From NCBI GenBank assembly GCA_963732855.1, contig CAVTBB010000002.1, forward strand, positions 336,632 through 400,631: a stretch of DNA of 64,000 bases, written 5' to 3'. A program made the translations under genes and the position numbers. Source of the DNA: an uncultured Methanomassiliicoccales archaeon (GTDB lineage: Archaea; Thermoplasmatota; Thermoplasmata; Methanomassiliicoccales; UBA472). The notes under the pieces are model-generated. The model worked only from the letters and a program-made list of their open reading frames with translations, was not told the DNA's origin and did not search any database. The first letter of the stretch is position 1, and each line of letters begins with the position of its first letter. Shown here one piece after another: positions 19,796-31,161 of this stretch.

Positions 19796-21721
19796 ATGCT
19801 GAATATCGATTTCAAGACAGTGGTAGGTAATTCACAAGAAGCGATTGTGGTTTTTGATAGGTCTGGAACCATCATATATTCGAACAAAGCCATCACCAAT
19901 CTCCTGGGTTTCACTTCTGAGGAGATAGTAGGCAGGAACATACTGACGCTTCTGCAACGGGACTCGCATAACCTCGTAAAAAGCCAGTTGAGGCTTTCAG
20001 CAATGGATGAGGATGTGCAGCACCGCTATCTGCTCGACATACTGACCAAATCGCGGAATAGGGTAGCTTGCGACATCGTAACATCAGCGCTCCGATCGAC
20101 CGACGGTGGAGAATTGGTCATGGCGTTCGTGCGGGACATGACTGGGATGAAAGCCCTGGAGGGCAAGTATTCAGCGGAACGCGAAAAATATCTAAACCTG
20201 GTAAGTGAAAGTAGTAGCATAGTTTTGGTCCTGAACAAAGATCTTATTGTTACCCTTGCGAATCGAGGATTCAAGGAGCGTTTGAAGTACCCTGACCATA
20301 TGGTCGTTGGAAAGGATATTCGAGACCTGCGGATCATGGATTCAAAGGTGGTCGACGCCATAAGGGATATTGCCTCTTCATCAGAGGGAGAAGGTCACCG
20401 CGGTTTGGAATCAGCCGCTTGGACAAATGATGGTCTGAAGATGTTCGTCTCGTGGTACCTGAGTGCCGTAAAGGAAGAAGACGGAAAAGTTTCAGGAGTA
20501 TTGGCAATTGGGCATGACATAACCTCCAGGTTCCAATTAGAGGCCCTATACAGACTGACAAGCAAGATGCTCGAGATTGAGCATGGCATCTCGTATCTTA
20601 CATCCACCGTGAATGATTCGCGTTTGATGATGACCAGCGCCTTGGATCTGATCCTTAAGATGTATGGGCATGAGGAAGGATTCGCCATGAATACGGCGTC
20701 CAAAGCAGACCAATCCCTCATTGTCAGCGTTGGAAGTAAGTTGATGCATGAAGATATCACGGATTGGACCGCTGGTAGGGTTGACGAATTCTATGAACCC
20801 ATCTACTACCCGGAGGACGAGGTAACGGAAGAATGGGAACAATTTGCCAGCGGATTGAAGAGCATGGCGTTGCTTCCACTTAGAGGAAAGGAAGGAGCGT
20901 TGGGCTACATATGCATCGGTTCTGAGAGGCAGATCGCGCTATCACAAAACGAGAAGGACGCGATGGTCGGAGTAATCTCCATGCTAGGATATGCCTATGA
21001 GAACATCGGTCTGGCCGAGAGTCTGCGTAAATCCAAGGAGCAGCTCTCCCTTTACAATGACATTCTCCTGCACGACATCACCAACTACCTGGTCCCCATG
21101 AAGGCGTACCTCGATCTGCTTAGGCGAACAGAGTGTGGTGAAATCAAGAGACGCGATTACCTAGACCGCATATCTTCAAGAGATGCTGCCCTGAACGAAT
21201 TTGTGCAGGATGTCAAATTGCTCATGCATGTGAATAACACCAAAGCAGATGATTTGGCCACGATTCCATTACTTACCGAGATCGGGAACGCGATAGAGGT
21301 CTCGGTTAGCCGTTATGAAGGGGCTGCGGTCCATCTCCTAGCACCTAATGAAGAGGATATCTTGGTCAGGGCAGACAACGCCCTGTATCACCTATTTACG
21401 AACCTTATATCGAACGCGATAAAGCATTCCTTGCCCAAGCCGGTGGTCGTTAGAGTTGTGGTCGAAGCCGGGAACATGGTCCGTATTAGCGTAGAGGACG
21501 AGGGGCCAGGCATACCTGATGAAAAGAAGGGACTGGTGTTCGAAAGAGGATTCTCTGAACCGACGAATAAGGTGGCGAAGAGCACCGGCATCGGTCTTTC
21601 GATAGTGTCGGCCTTGGTCGAAAAATACCACGGAAAGGTTCATGTGGAGGACAGGGTGCCAACGAAGCCAGAACTTGGGGCCAGTTTCGTGGTTGAGCTT
21701 CAGGTGGCGGACGACCGTTGA
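19796..21721 (+). CDS. PAS-PAS-GAF sensor histidine kinase
   Basis: Two PAS-like segments, LHDITNYL H-box, NLISNAIKH, EDEGPGIP, TGIGLSIV. Confidence 0.85.
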   Translation: MLNIDFKTVVGNSQEAIVVFDRSGTIIYSNKAITNLLGFTSEEIVGRNILTLLQRDSHNLVKSQLRLSAMDEDVQHRYLLDILTKSRNRVACDIVTSALRSTDGGELVMAFVRDMTGMKALEGKYSAEREKYLNLVSESSSIVLVLNKDLIVTLANRGFKERLKYPDHMVVGKDIRDLRIMDSKVVDAIRDIASSSEGEGHRGLESAAWTNDGLKMFVSWYLSAVKEEDGKVSGVLAIGHDITSRFQLEALYRLTSKMLEIEHGISYLTSTVNDSRLMMTSALDLILKMYGHEEGFAMNTASKADQSLIVSVGSKLMHEDITDWTAGRVDEFYEPIYYPEDEVTEEWEQFASGLKSMALLPLRGKEGALGYICIGSERQIALSQNEKDAMVGVISMLGYAYENIGLAESLRKSKEQLSLYNDILLHDITNYLVPMKAYLDLLRRTECGEIKRRDYLDRISSRDAALNEFVQDVKLLMHVNNTKADDLATIPLLTEIGNAIEVSVSRYEGAAVHLLAPNEEDILVRADNALYHLFTNLISNAIKHSLPKPVVVRVVVEAGNMVRISVEDEGPGIPDEKKGLVFERGFSEPTNKVAKSTGIGLSIVSALVEKYHGKVHVEDRVPTKPELGASFVVELQVADDR

Positions 21722-21817
21722 GCATCGACCTCCCGAAGCACGGAAAGATTCTCACTAGGGCGCCGCCTGGACACTGAGCACTTGAATGAGAAAGTTTTAT
21801 ACACACCTCCAATATAG

Positions 21818-22102
21818 GTGGCAGTCATGGAGATCATACAGGTAGAGAAGGACAAGGATTCTATCCTTATCCAGATCAAGGAGGCCGATATGACCCTGAT
21901 CTCTCCTCTGGTCAAGGAGCTTCTCGAGGACGATCAGGTCTCAGAGGTGAAATATACCGCTGGACACCCGGACCTGGAGATACCGACGCTTTACGTCAAG
22001 GTCAAGAGCGGCAAGCCCCAAACGGCCCTGAAGAGAGCCGCCAAGGCATTATCCAACGAGTTCAAGGAAGCTCGAGAGAAACTCGAGAAGGACCTGAAGT
22101 AG
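21818..22102 (+). CDS. rpoL: DNA-directed RNA polymerase subunit L (Rpo11)
   Basis: Size of about 94 aa; TL..PLVKELLED..V..VKY..GHP pattern and C-terminal helix. Confidence 0.8.
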   Translation: MAVMEIIQVEKDKDSILIQIKEADMTLISPLVKELLEDDQVSEVKYTAGHPDLEIPTLYVKVKSGKPQTALKRAAKALSNEFKEAREKLEKDLK

Positions 22103-22104
22103 TC

Positions 22105-23409
22105 ATGGTCTATTCCGAGAACACAAACCGTGAGCGGGAGATCGGTATCGAGGTCTTTTATACCTCGTCTAGAGGGACGGGCGGACGCCTCAAGGTCAAT
22201 TATGACGACTTCATCGTTGATGAGGTTTCCATTCTTCCGGAGCGGACTGAGAACGGAAAGTATTCCATCGCCAAGATCACCTCCACCAACTGGGAAACGA
22301 ACCGTCTGGTGAGGATGATATCTAGGAACCTGGGAATCACCCGCAACAGGATCACGTTCGCCGGCACGAAGGACAAACGGGCGGTCACATCTCAGCTGTT
22401 CTCCATAGAAGCCCCGGTCGAGGCGGTGCGCGCGTTGAGCATGCACCAAGTGGTCATCGAGGATGTCTACGCCTCGAAGAAGCATATCACCATCGGTGAC
22501 CTGATCGGCAACACATTCAAGATCAAATTGCGCGACACGGCGCTCAGGGGAGAGGAGATGGCGAACGCCGTCGATCAGACGAGAATCGAACTCGAGGCCC
22601 TTGGTGGATTCCCCAACTTCTTTGGAGTACAGCGCTTCGGTGCGATCAGGCCAGTCACGCATCTTGTCGGCAAGCACATCGTCCACGGTGATTTCGAGAA
22701 GGCGGTCATGATCTACATCGGCAACCCGAACGATGAGGAGGACGAGTGTTCGCGTCTCCCTCGCCAGCGTCTCCAAGATACAATGGATTTCGAGATGGCG
22801 ATGCAAGAGTTCCCCCGTACGCTGACTTTCGAGCGCATGCTCATCGGCTGGGTGCTCCGGAACCCGGGCGACTGGTCCGGCGCGATCAGGACGCTGCCGC
22901 CGAACCTGCAGATGATGTTCGTCCATGCCTACCAGTCATATCTGTTCAACCTCATACTAAGCGAGCGGATCAGGCGGGGCATCCCGCTGGACCGCCCTAT
23001 CGTGGGCGATGTGGTCCTTCCGGCCGACCGGAGCGGCTATGCGGATCATGACAAGCCAGTGCCGGTGACCAAGTTCAATCTGGACCTGGTGGAGAAGAGC
23101 GTGCGTGAGCGCAAGGCGTACGTCTCCGGAGTCTTGTTCGGCTCGGAGTCGAAGTTCGCCGAAGGAGAGATGGGTGAAATCGAGCGCGACGTCGTCACCA
23201 CGGAAGGGGTAGAGCTCAAGGACTTCATCGTGCCGCAGATCGCCGAATGCAACTCCAGAGGATCCCGCCGGGAGCTGCTCTCGCCATTCAGGGACCTCAA
23301 ACTGGAGTGCGCGGAGGATACCGTGGACATGGCGTTCACCTTGGGTAAGGGCTGCTATGCCACGGTCATGCTGCGAGAGTTCATGAAATCGGACCTGCTC
23401 GATTATTGA
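22105..23409 (+). CDS. truD: tRNA pseudouridine(13) synthase
   Basis: FAGTKDKRAVTSQ, GNTFKI, FPNFFGVQRFG, HAYQSYLFN, KGCYATVMLRE. Confidence 0.97.
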   Translation: MVYSENTNREREIGIEVFYTSSRGTGGRLKVNYDDFIVDEVSILPERTENGKYSIAKITSTNWETNRLVRMISRNLGITRNRITFAGTKDKRAVTSQLFSIEAPVEAVRALSMHQVVIEDVYASKKHITIGDLIGNTFKIKLRDTALRGEEMANAVDQTRIELEALGGFPNFFGVQRFGAIRPVTHLVGKHIVHGDFEKAVMIYIGNPNDEEDECSRLPRQRLQDTMDFEMAMQEFPRTLTFERMLIGWVLRNPGDWSGAIRTLPPNLQMMFVHAYQSYLFNLILSERIRRGIPLDRPIVGDVVLPADRSGYADHDKPVPVTKFNLDLVEKSVRERKAYVSGVLFGSESKFAEGEMGEIERDVVTTEGVELKDFIVPQIAECNSRGSRRELLSPFRDLKLECAEDTVDMAFTLGKGCYATVMLREFMKSDLLDY

Positions 23410-23433
23410 ACGGTCTGGATCGCTCTAAGCATC

Positions 23434-26400
23434 CTATAGCCTGGACCAGTCCTTGGACTGCCGGTCATCCTCGGATTCCGGGACCGCTTCAGATTCCTCA
23501 CCCTGACTCTCCTCCAGTATGGCCCTTGGGTCCTTCTTCGGTGCGCCAGCCTTCTTCACCTTGACCGCCCCCTCGATCGGCGCGTGGCAGCGTGGGCACG
23601 GCCCCCTCGGACACACTCCTCGCAAAGGAGCGATGAGCACTTGGAACACGCAGTCACCGCGGCCTCGCCGTGGAACAGGCACCTCCTTCCTTGGACGTCG
23701 GCGGCCTCCACCTTTGCTGGGCGTTTCTCTGGATTGTAGAACGTCTGATAGAGGTCCTTCTGCTCGTCCCCGAACATGATCGGTTCACGGGAGGACTTCT
23801 TTTCCATCACCGGGACGCCGGATTCCACTTGATATTCGATAACGGGGGCCTGCTTCGGCTCCGGCCGGGTCCTCCTGGGTCTCTGCTCCGGTAACGCGAC
23901 CGGCTCCTCCGATTCCACCCATTCTTTCGGATTGACTGGCCTGTGCTTCAGCTTGGGCGCCTCTTCCTCTTTGACCGGTGCCTGCTTGGGCTCGTTGGTC
24001 CTCAGCGTCTTGATGACCGACATGAGGCGACGGGCGGTGTATATGCCCACACCCAACGTCTCGATGATCCCCATCACGTTCCTTTTCTCGTCCGGCAGGT
24101 TCATGGCCGTCCGCAGGAGCTTCTCGGTCCTGGCGTCCATAATGGTGTGGGACATGTCCATCTTGTTGACCTTTTCCACATAGCTGAGCACCTTCTTGGA
24201 ACGGACGATGTCCTTGCCCGGTAGGGCCATCATGACGTCCGAAAGCCCGAGACCACTCTCCTTAACTCGGGGATTGCGGGCAGCCGCCATAAGCACGTAG
24301 CGTGAATCTTCCTCGTATTGGTCCAGGTCAGCGTCGTTCAGAAGTTCCACGTTGACCAGTTCCCGCTGGTCCAGGAACGTTGAGACCTCGTCCAGGCTGT
24401 TATATGGGATGCCGCACTCCTTGAACATCTCCTCCTTGGACATACAGCGGTTCTGCCGGTATTCACATTCCAGTACGCTCGTCGCCTGATTGAGGACCTC
24501 GATCTCATGCAGCTTCTGCTCCGCCGCCTTCAACGACTCCCGGGCCTGATCGAAGTTCGGATTGAGCTCCAGCGCCGACCTTAGAGAGTCCTGCGCTTCG
24601 GCGTACCGGCGAAGCTTCAGGAATGATACACCTCGTCCGAAATAGGCGAACGGGTCCGACTGGTCCAGTGCGATCGCCCCATCGTAGCTCTTGATCGCCT
24701 CTTCCGGGCGTAGCAGTCTCTGGCTGATGTCCCCTTTCTCCATCAGCATGCGCCTGTTCTTGGGGTCACAGGCCAACGCCTTCTTTATTGCCTCATAGGC
24801 GTTCGTCGGGTCATCCAACTGCATCTGGATCACTGCGATGCGCTCCCATGCGCTGGCATCGGAGGGGTCTAGTGCAACCGCCCTAAGGAACGAGTCCAAG
24901 GCGTCATTGTAGCGCTTCAGCTCCTCCAATGCACGACCCTTCGCCTTGTAGATGCCTTGCTCTTCTGCGCCCAGCTCCAGCGCCCGGTTCAGACAGACTA
25001 CGCAATCCTGGAACTGGCCCAGCTTGAACATGACGTTGCCCTTGTATTTCCAGACCTGGGGGTCGCCCTTGTCCACCGCCAATGCGGCATCGAAAGCGTC
25101 CACTGCCTCGGCCAGATTGCCGAGGGAGGCCAAGGCGCGGCCCCGGTCGCTCTGGAAGCGCGAGTTGCCCGGCTGCGCAGACACGCATTGGTCGAAGACC
25201 TGCAGAGCCCTTTCGTAGTCCCGCATCAGCAAGTAGGCCCGACCCTTGTTGTTAAGGGGCATAAGGTCAGAATTGTCCAAGGCGAACGTCCGATCGAATT
25301 CGACGACCGCATCGGCGTAGCGGCCCAATCCGATAAGGACCAGACCCTTGCGGTTGTGCAGCTCCTTGTCCATGTCATCCACGGCCAACGCCATGGAATA
25401 GGTGTCGTTGGCCTCGGCCAGACTCCCCAATCGCTCAAGAGCGAAGGCTTTGTCCATCATTGCTGGTTTATCGCTCGGCGCTACCTTGAGTATCGAATTG
25501 CAAACATCGATGATCTCATCGGCCACACCCTTGGCCACAACCGAGGTCTTCTTGTAATTGAGAATGGCCACGTTGCCAGGCTCTATGCCCAGTGCCGCGT
25601 CGAATGATTCGATGGCGTCGTCGAAACGGGACAGCCGGTGCGACGCCACTCCCAGGTCGACATAGGCATTGCGGTTCTTTCCATCAAGTTTGATTATCCG
25701 GTTGCAGACCTTGACCAATTCCTCGAGGCGGTCGGTGTGCTTCAGCGATACCTTCTTCATCTCGAGCAGCCCGACGTCCTTTGGTGCCAGCTCCAAGGCC
25801 TTGTCGAAGGAAATGATCGCGGACTCATGATCGTCCATCTTCGCCAGCACCTGACCCATGCGAATATGGACGAACTTGTTGCTGGCGTCAAGCCGCAACG
25901 CCTCCTCATAACAATCGAGCGCCTGTGGGAAGCGGTGGAGCCATTCCAGGGCCACGCCCTTGCTTAGCCACACGCCTTTGTCCTTGGGGTCGATCGCCAA
26001 TGCCTCATCGTAGGAGGTGACCGCTTCCTCGAACCTTTTGGCATTCTCCAGAGCCAATCCGCGGGAGTAGATGAGCCGTTTTTCGCCTGGCGACAGCTTG
26101 ACCGCATTCGTGAACGATGTGACGGCATCGGCATACCGTTTTAGGGCGAAGTTGCTGTCCCCCTGAACCCTCCAGAAGGCCACCTGATTCGGGTACATCT
26201 GAGTTCCAAGGGTGGAGCGGGCCAGTGATTCCTCGAAACGGCCCATTGAATACAATGCAAGCGACAGGTCCTTGAGGTTGTCCTTATCGTCAGGGTCCAA
26301 TGCCATGACCTGTTCGTACAGCTCGACAGCATCGTCCTTCCGGTTCATCCGGTCCAGGGCGACCGCCTTATCGAACAGCGCCCCTTCGTTGACCGGGTTG

Positions 26401-27836
26401 ACCTTCAGGATGCGATCACATGAGCCCAGCACGTCCTTGTCCTTGCCGATGTGTTTGTAAGACTCCTTGATGCAGATGAGCGGGGCTTCATTGGATGGCT
26501 GCACCTTCGCCGCTTTCTCTAGGGGTTTCAACGCGTCCCGGTATCGGGTCGACTTCATGTAAGCGGATCCCAGGTCCATAAGCGCCTGGAAGTCCTCCTT
26601 ATCCTTGGCCAGTTTAGCCTCGGCCAGCGTGATGACCCCTTCCATGTTGCCGGTCTGGAGCAGGATCTTGCGCTTTCGGGCCAGTAACTCGTCGTCCTGC
26701 AGGAACTTGCCAAGGGCGGCCTGGACCGCATCTGAGGCTTCGTCGAACTTGCCCAGTCGGAACAATGCATCGATCCGTTCCATGAAAACCGAACGTTCCT
26801 CCACCTTGCGGTCGAGGAGCTTTCCGGAAAATAGGGCGATATCATCATCGGCCCCGTTCTTCTTGGCGACTTGCAGCTTGCCATTGATCGCAGTTATCAG
26901 CTCGGGATCTATGCTAAGCGCCCGATCGTATGCGATCGAGGATTCCTGTAGCCTTCCCAGGTCGAACAGTAGCGCGGCGACCTCTGTCCAGGTGAACTTG
27001 TTCTGTCCGTCACTGCGAAGGGATTCCTTGTATTGGGCCAGCGCTGCGGCGTTATCGCCTTTGTCCTTGAATCCGCGAGCCTTATAGAGATGGGCGAGAG
27101 CGTTGGATGAATCGCGGGCCAGGACATCATCGAATATGAGCATACCCTGGTCGGTCCTTTTCAGCAGGTTAAGGACCTCCCCCTTCCTCAGCATCAGCTC
27201 GACCGTACGGGGCATGAGGGTGACTGCCTGGTCGATGGCGAGCAAAGCTTCCTCGTAGCGACCCTGAGAGACCAGCAGGTCTGCCTTCTTCCGAAGCAAT
27301 GGCACCTTATCCTCGGTTCTTTGTATCATTCGGTCGAGAATAGAGATGTCTGACGGGTCGAGCTCGATCGCCTTCTTCAAGCAGAACATTACCATATCCT
27401 GCCTCCCCGCCTGGTCATACAGGTCGGCCTTGAAAAGCCAGGTACTCTTGTCCGAACTAGGCTGCTGGGTTGCCTTGTCCAATACTGAGATCGCCTGAAG
27501 GATGTCTCCCTTCTTTTCCAAGGCATGCGCGGAAGCCAATAGCGCAGACAGATCATTGGGTGAGTTTCTAATCGCCAGATCGGCGGCGTTTGCAGCATCC
27601 AGGGACATCCCGCAATCAAGATAGTCCTTTGACAGCCTGACCAGCGCTTCCACTAGAATCGATTGCTGGCCTGGTTCTACGATCGCTCCGAGCAGAGAGT
27701 CCCTTGCCTTTGTTAGCTCGGAGATAGCCACGTCTAGGTTTCTTGCGAGAATATAACGCTCGGCCGCATCCATCGATTTCTGCGCCTTTCGGACCGCCCG
27801 GATATCGGTCTCTTTACCTGGGGTCAGGAGTCCCAT
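23434..27836 (-). CDS. Large TPR-repeat protein with C-terminal B-box-like zinc finger; -1 frameshift near 23600 (called ORF ends at 23556)
   Basis: Many 34-aa TPR patterns (A...YD.AL.LDP); C..H...C..C...LCEEC continues as CPRCHAP in the frame of ORF 23434..23682. Confidence 0.85.
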
Positions 27837-28054
27837 CCCATCACCGTTGGGCCGATAATCGGCGTGATTGCACTAAAACCTTTTCCTAGATTCTCATGAA
27901 AATATAATGTCCGCTGAATTTGGTAATCTGTCGGACGATGAACATTCGATGAAAATACATGTTCGATCTCAATGTGATAATTCAATGAACTTGACTGGTA
28001 TAGAATAATGTGGAGAAATAAAAAACATTAAATACACAATATCCAATATACCAT

Positions 28055-28273
28055 ATGTCTGACGCAAGTCGGACGAAAACTCTAGGATGGGATGCAATGG
28101 GGCTAGAGGAGATATCGGCAAAATATGATATCGACCTGGAAGTGCTGGAATGGATGAAAACCCATTCCATAAATGACCTGACGCACATCGCAGAAGGCAT
28201 GGATGCTAAAGGGATCGACCTCAAACAGCTTTGGTGCCTCATCAACGACCTACGTCTTATGGAAGATAATTAG
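28055..28273 (+). CDS. Small hypothetical protein
   Basis: 72-aa ORF after an AT-rich promoter-like region; no recognised motif. Confidence 0.5.
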   Translation: MSDASRTKTLGWDAMGLEEISAKYDIDLEVLEWMKTHSINDLTHIAEGMDAKGIDLKQLWCLINDLRLMEDN

Positions 28274-28410
28274 GGCGTTGATCTGACAACAATACCTGTT
28301 CCGATAATGACTCGGAGGACGACGGAGGATGGGACCTACGTCCCCACCCCAAAAATTTCTTACCATAATTTTAACGGATGCATTGTTTCATTAAGGACTA
28401 ACAACAATAA

Positions 28411-28857
28411 TTGATACAGATTATGGTGAAATCCTTGTTGAGCTCGGTCATCGAGGACCCAGTCGACATCGAGCTCATTGGTTGGTTCACGCTGATGGTC
28501 GGAGCAATCAGCTTTATCTTTGGAATGATGGCAGCGTTAGCTGGAATAACCGTTGAGATGAACGGATCGGTAGTCGGGAAGCTTCTGTTATTCGTAACAA
28601 TCGGGTCTCTTGCCATATGGTCAGGATCCAAAGCAATGAGATGGGCTAAGACTGGAACCACAAGGAACGACGACGGGATCACCAGAATCGGACCATTGAC
28701 ACTGATAGTCGCGGTCATATTGATCTTCGTCGTCATGATGATGGCCGCACCCAACCTTATGGCGGTGGAGTTCCAGTGGCTGATGGCAGCCGGCCTGATC
28801 ACGATCCTGTTGGTCTGGTTGCAGAAGAACCGGAAGCCGACCGCTCGTCCGGCGTAA
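28411..28857 (+). CDS. Hypothetical membrane protein (about 4 TM)
   Basis: Four hydrophobic stretches; no recognised family. Confidence 0.55.
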   Translation: MIQIMVKSLLSSVIEDPVDIELIGWFTLMVGAISFIFGMMAALAGITVEMNGSVVGKLLLFVTIGSLAIWSGSKAMRWAKTGTTRNDDGITRIGPLTLIVAVILIFVVMMMAAPNLMAVEFQWLMAAGLITILLVWLQKNRKPTARPA

Positions 28858-28957
28858 TCACGAACGGTTTTGATCTCCATCGAGATGACTGAAAGGCTGG
28901 CCAATCCCGCAACGATAGAAGTTTTTTATATCAATGAACCATTAGGTCGCCCAACTC

Positions 28958-29053
28958 GCAGGTGTAATCTAGCGGTTAGGATTTTAGCCTTCCAATCCCC
29001 AGAAATGGGGACGAGGCTAGCTAAACACTCGGGTTCGAATCCCGACACCTGCA
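28958..29053 (+). tRNA. tRNA-Gly(TCC) with 24-nt intron (28995-29018) at canonical position 37/38
   Basis: Acceptor GCAGGTG/CACCTGC, anticodon stem TTAGC/GCTAA, loop CT-TCC-A|intron|A, T-arm TCGGG-TTCGAAT-CCCGA. Confidence 0.92.
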
Positions 29054-29194
29054 CTCTTACTCATACCCAGCATTCCTTTTTATCGTCAATCAACGGCGTT
29101 GACATTTCCAAATCTTTCTACCTGAGTATTTCTGTGAGATTTCCCATGCATTTAAAACGAAACGAGATAAAGCCTTGAAACACCAGCTGCCGAT

Positions 29195-30643
29195 TCAAGG
29201 AAAAAATGTGAAATTCCTGAATTGCCACATATCCTCGTCCGGATGGTTAGCGAGGTTTTCCTTGAAATAGACCTTCCTGTTCTTAAGCGGAGTCCAATCC
29301 GACTGCACCGAGAGGAACTTCCCCAGGTAGGGCATGGCGATCTTTAGAACGTAGTCGTGAGGCAGGTCCTCGGGGGTGCATAGACCCTCGCGGGGATGTT
29401 CGATCATCCACATGACCGCGGACACAACCCCTAATGCCACCTGTACAGTGGTCGCGTTCTGTCCCGGAGCGAGCTTCCTGGCCTCTTCGATGGTGAGAAG
29501 GCTCCCACACCACCAGGCGCCGTACTCGTGGCCCATCAGCAGGGCGCCGAGTATGTCCGCACCAGAGACTATCTCGTTCTCCGTGAGGATCCTGAGCTTT
29601 GGCTGCATCTCGTAGTTCCTGCACCTTAGTTCATGCAGGGAGACTATCGTCTCATTGCAAGGCATGTAAGAATAGCATACCGTTGGACGGTAGATGGCCT
29701 CACCGTTCTTCCACACAGTGAACTTGTCCGATAATCCGAACGCCTCTCCATGCCTTATAACCATCCCGACTATCTCATAGTCTGGGACCCAGGACCTCAC
29801 CCAGGTGTTCATCCCCATCTGGGCCAGCATGATCTGGTTCCTCGGCCCGGTCGACGGCACAAAGGCCATCGGTGGCAAAGTGTTCTCGTGCGTTCCCCAG
29901 CCGATCTCCGCCGGAGCGGTTCCCTCCTCCCTCAGTCCCTCTATGCTCCAAGTCCCGACGAACTCGTCGATCTTCTTAGGATTGTTCGTGATCTGGGTGT
30001 CCCTCTCTGAGCAGTGGATGACCTTTATGTTCAGGGACATGGAAAGGTCGGCGAAATTACGCTCCCCCACCAGGGTTCTGAGGTGTTCGGCCTCCTTGCC
30101 GGTCACCTTCTTGTCGGCGATCAACCTCTCGGATATGTCGATGAGTGCCTGTTTCACGAAGTGGGATATCAGACCGGGATTGGCACCGTGGTCTATGACC
30201 GATGTCGCCCCATCATCCCAGCCCCTGATCATCTCTCTCAGCCGTATCTGCCTGCTGTAGAGCGACTTCTCGACCGGCCCCTTGGATTCTATGTCACTGA
30301 CCGAGTCCCAGACCTCCAGCGACGTGTTCACGAACAACACTTCGTGCTCGTGGCACCATTTTATGAGAGTGCAGGTGTCCAGGTTCCATGACAGATCAAT
30401 GAGGAGTCCGCCTGGCGATAGGTGCTCTGAGAGGACGGAATCGATGTTCTCAGGAGTTATTCTCACCTGCCGGTATCCGATTCCCTGGCTGGTCCATTCG
30501 CTTAGGGCAGAGACTTTGTTCTCGAAGTCGATTATGGTAATGTTGCCATATGGCATCTCAATATGCTTTAGAAGGATGGGGAGGGTGCATCTCGCTACAG
30601 AGCCATATCCAATTATCAGCACCTTGCCATCAAATTTCATCAT
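29195..30643 (-). CDS. hss: Homospermidine synthase
   Basis: IIGYGSVA Rossmann motif, DHGANPGLISHFVK, IHCSERDTQ, TWSIEG..EEG..PAE.GWGTHE, HGEA, YRPT..Y.Y.PC. Confidence 0.9.
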   Translation of the reverse strand: MMKFDGKVLIIGYGSVARCTLPILLKHIEMPYGNITIIDFENKVSALSEWTSQGIGYRQVRITPENIDSVLSEHLSPGGLLIDLSWNLDTCTLIKWCHEHEVLFVNTSLEVWDSVSDIESKGPVEKSLYSRQIRLREMIRGWDDGATSVIDHGANPGLISHFVKQALIDISERLIADKKVTGKEAEHLRTLVGERNFADLSMSLNIKVIHCSERDTQITNNPKKIDEFVGTWSIEGLREEGTAPAEIGWGTHENTLPPMAFVPSTGPRNQIMLAQMGMNTWVRSWVPDYEIVGMVIRHGEAFGLSDKFTVWKNGEAIYRPTVCYSYMPCNETIVSLHELRCRNYEMQPKLRILTENEIVSGADILGALLMGHEYGAWWCGSLLTIEEARKLAPGQNATTVQVALGVVSAVMWMIEHPREGLCTPEDLPHDYVLKIAMPYLGKFLSVQSDWTPLKNRKVYFKENLANHPDEDMWQFRNFTFFP

Positions 30644-30827
30644 CGGAACTATTCCTGTTCAACCTTTGAGAACTCTTCGTTGAATGCCTCCAAAATATAT
30701 AAGTTTAAGAGAAAAGGGGTTCAAACAGAGGACGTCGGATGGATAAGTGCTGAATGAAAAGCCGTAGGGTTCTGAGCGACCCCGCCAGACCAATAACAGC
30801 ATATTCAATAACCATGTTACGCGGGAT

Positions 30828-31160
30828 ATGCTGTCCATGGCCTGGGTCTATCTCGTGGCGGCTGGGCTCATGGAGCCTTGCTGGGTCATCGGCATGAAGA
30901 AGTCCTCGGGGTTCAAACAGGTGAAATGGACCATTGCGACGGTCTTCTTCATTTTCACCAGCATGTATCTGTTGGCATTGGCCATAGACATGGATATCCC
31001 GGTAGGCACGGCTTATGCAGTTTGGACAGGAATAGGTGCGGTGGGAGCCCTGGTGGCCGGGATGGTCCTATTCAAGGAACGGGCGGCCTGGATCAGGATC
31101 TTCTTCATAATGCTCCTTATCGTGGGCATTGTCGGGGTGGAGATCACCGCGGGGGTGTGA
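30828..31160 (+). CDS. SMR-family exporter (Gdx/SugE-like), subunit 1
   Basis: About 110 aa, 4 TM, conserved Glu (GLMEP.W), PVGTAYAVWTGIG. Confidence 0.9.
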   Translation: MLSMAWVYLVAAGLMEPCWVIGMKKSSGFKQVKWTIATVFFIFTSMYLLALAIDMDIPVGTAYAVWTGIGAVGALVAGMVLFKERAAWIRIFFIMLLIVGIVGVEITAGV

Positions 31161-31161
31161 G

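Noticed and set aside
21991-22926. Long antisense ORFs (e.g. 21991..22926, 54125..54925, 59066..59806, 61626..62669, 35532..36263, 8891..9646)
   Set aside because: They are shadows of well-supported genes on the opposite strand in GC-rich coding DNA, with no motifs.
28271-28414. Amber read-through of the 72-aa ORF (46 open codons after TAG)
   Set aside because: The extension has no protein-like features and runs into an AT-rich promoter region; compatible with chance.
30760-30827. Guanidine-I (ykkC) riboswitch upstream of the SMR pair (TAGGGTTCTG and AAAAGCC present)
   Set aside because: The two elements are in the wrong order and the GGTCC/GAG and CGG.GGGA segments are missing; no ACGR twin hairpins for guanidine-II either.
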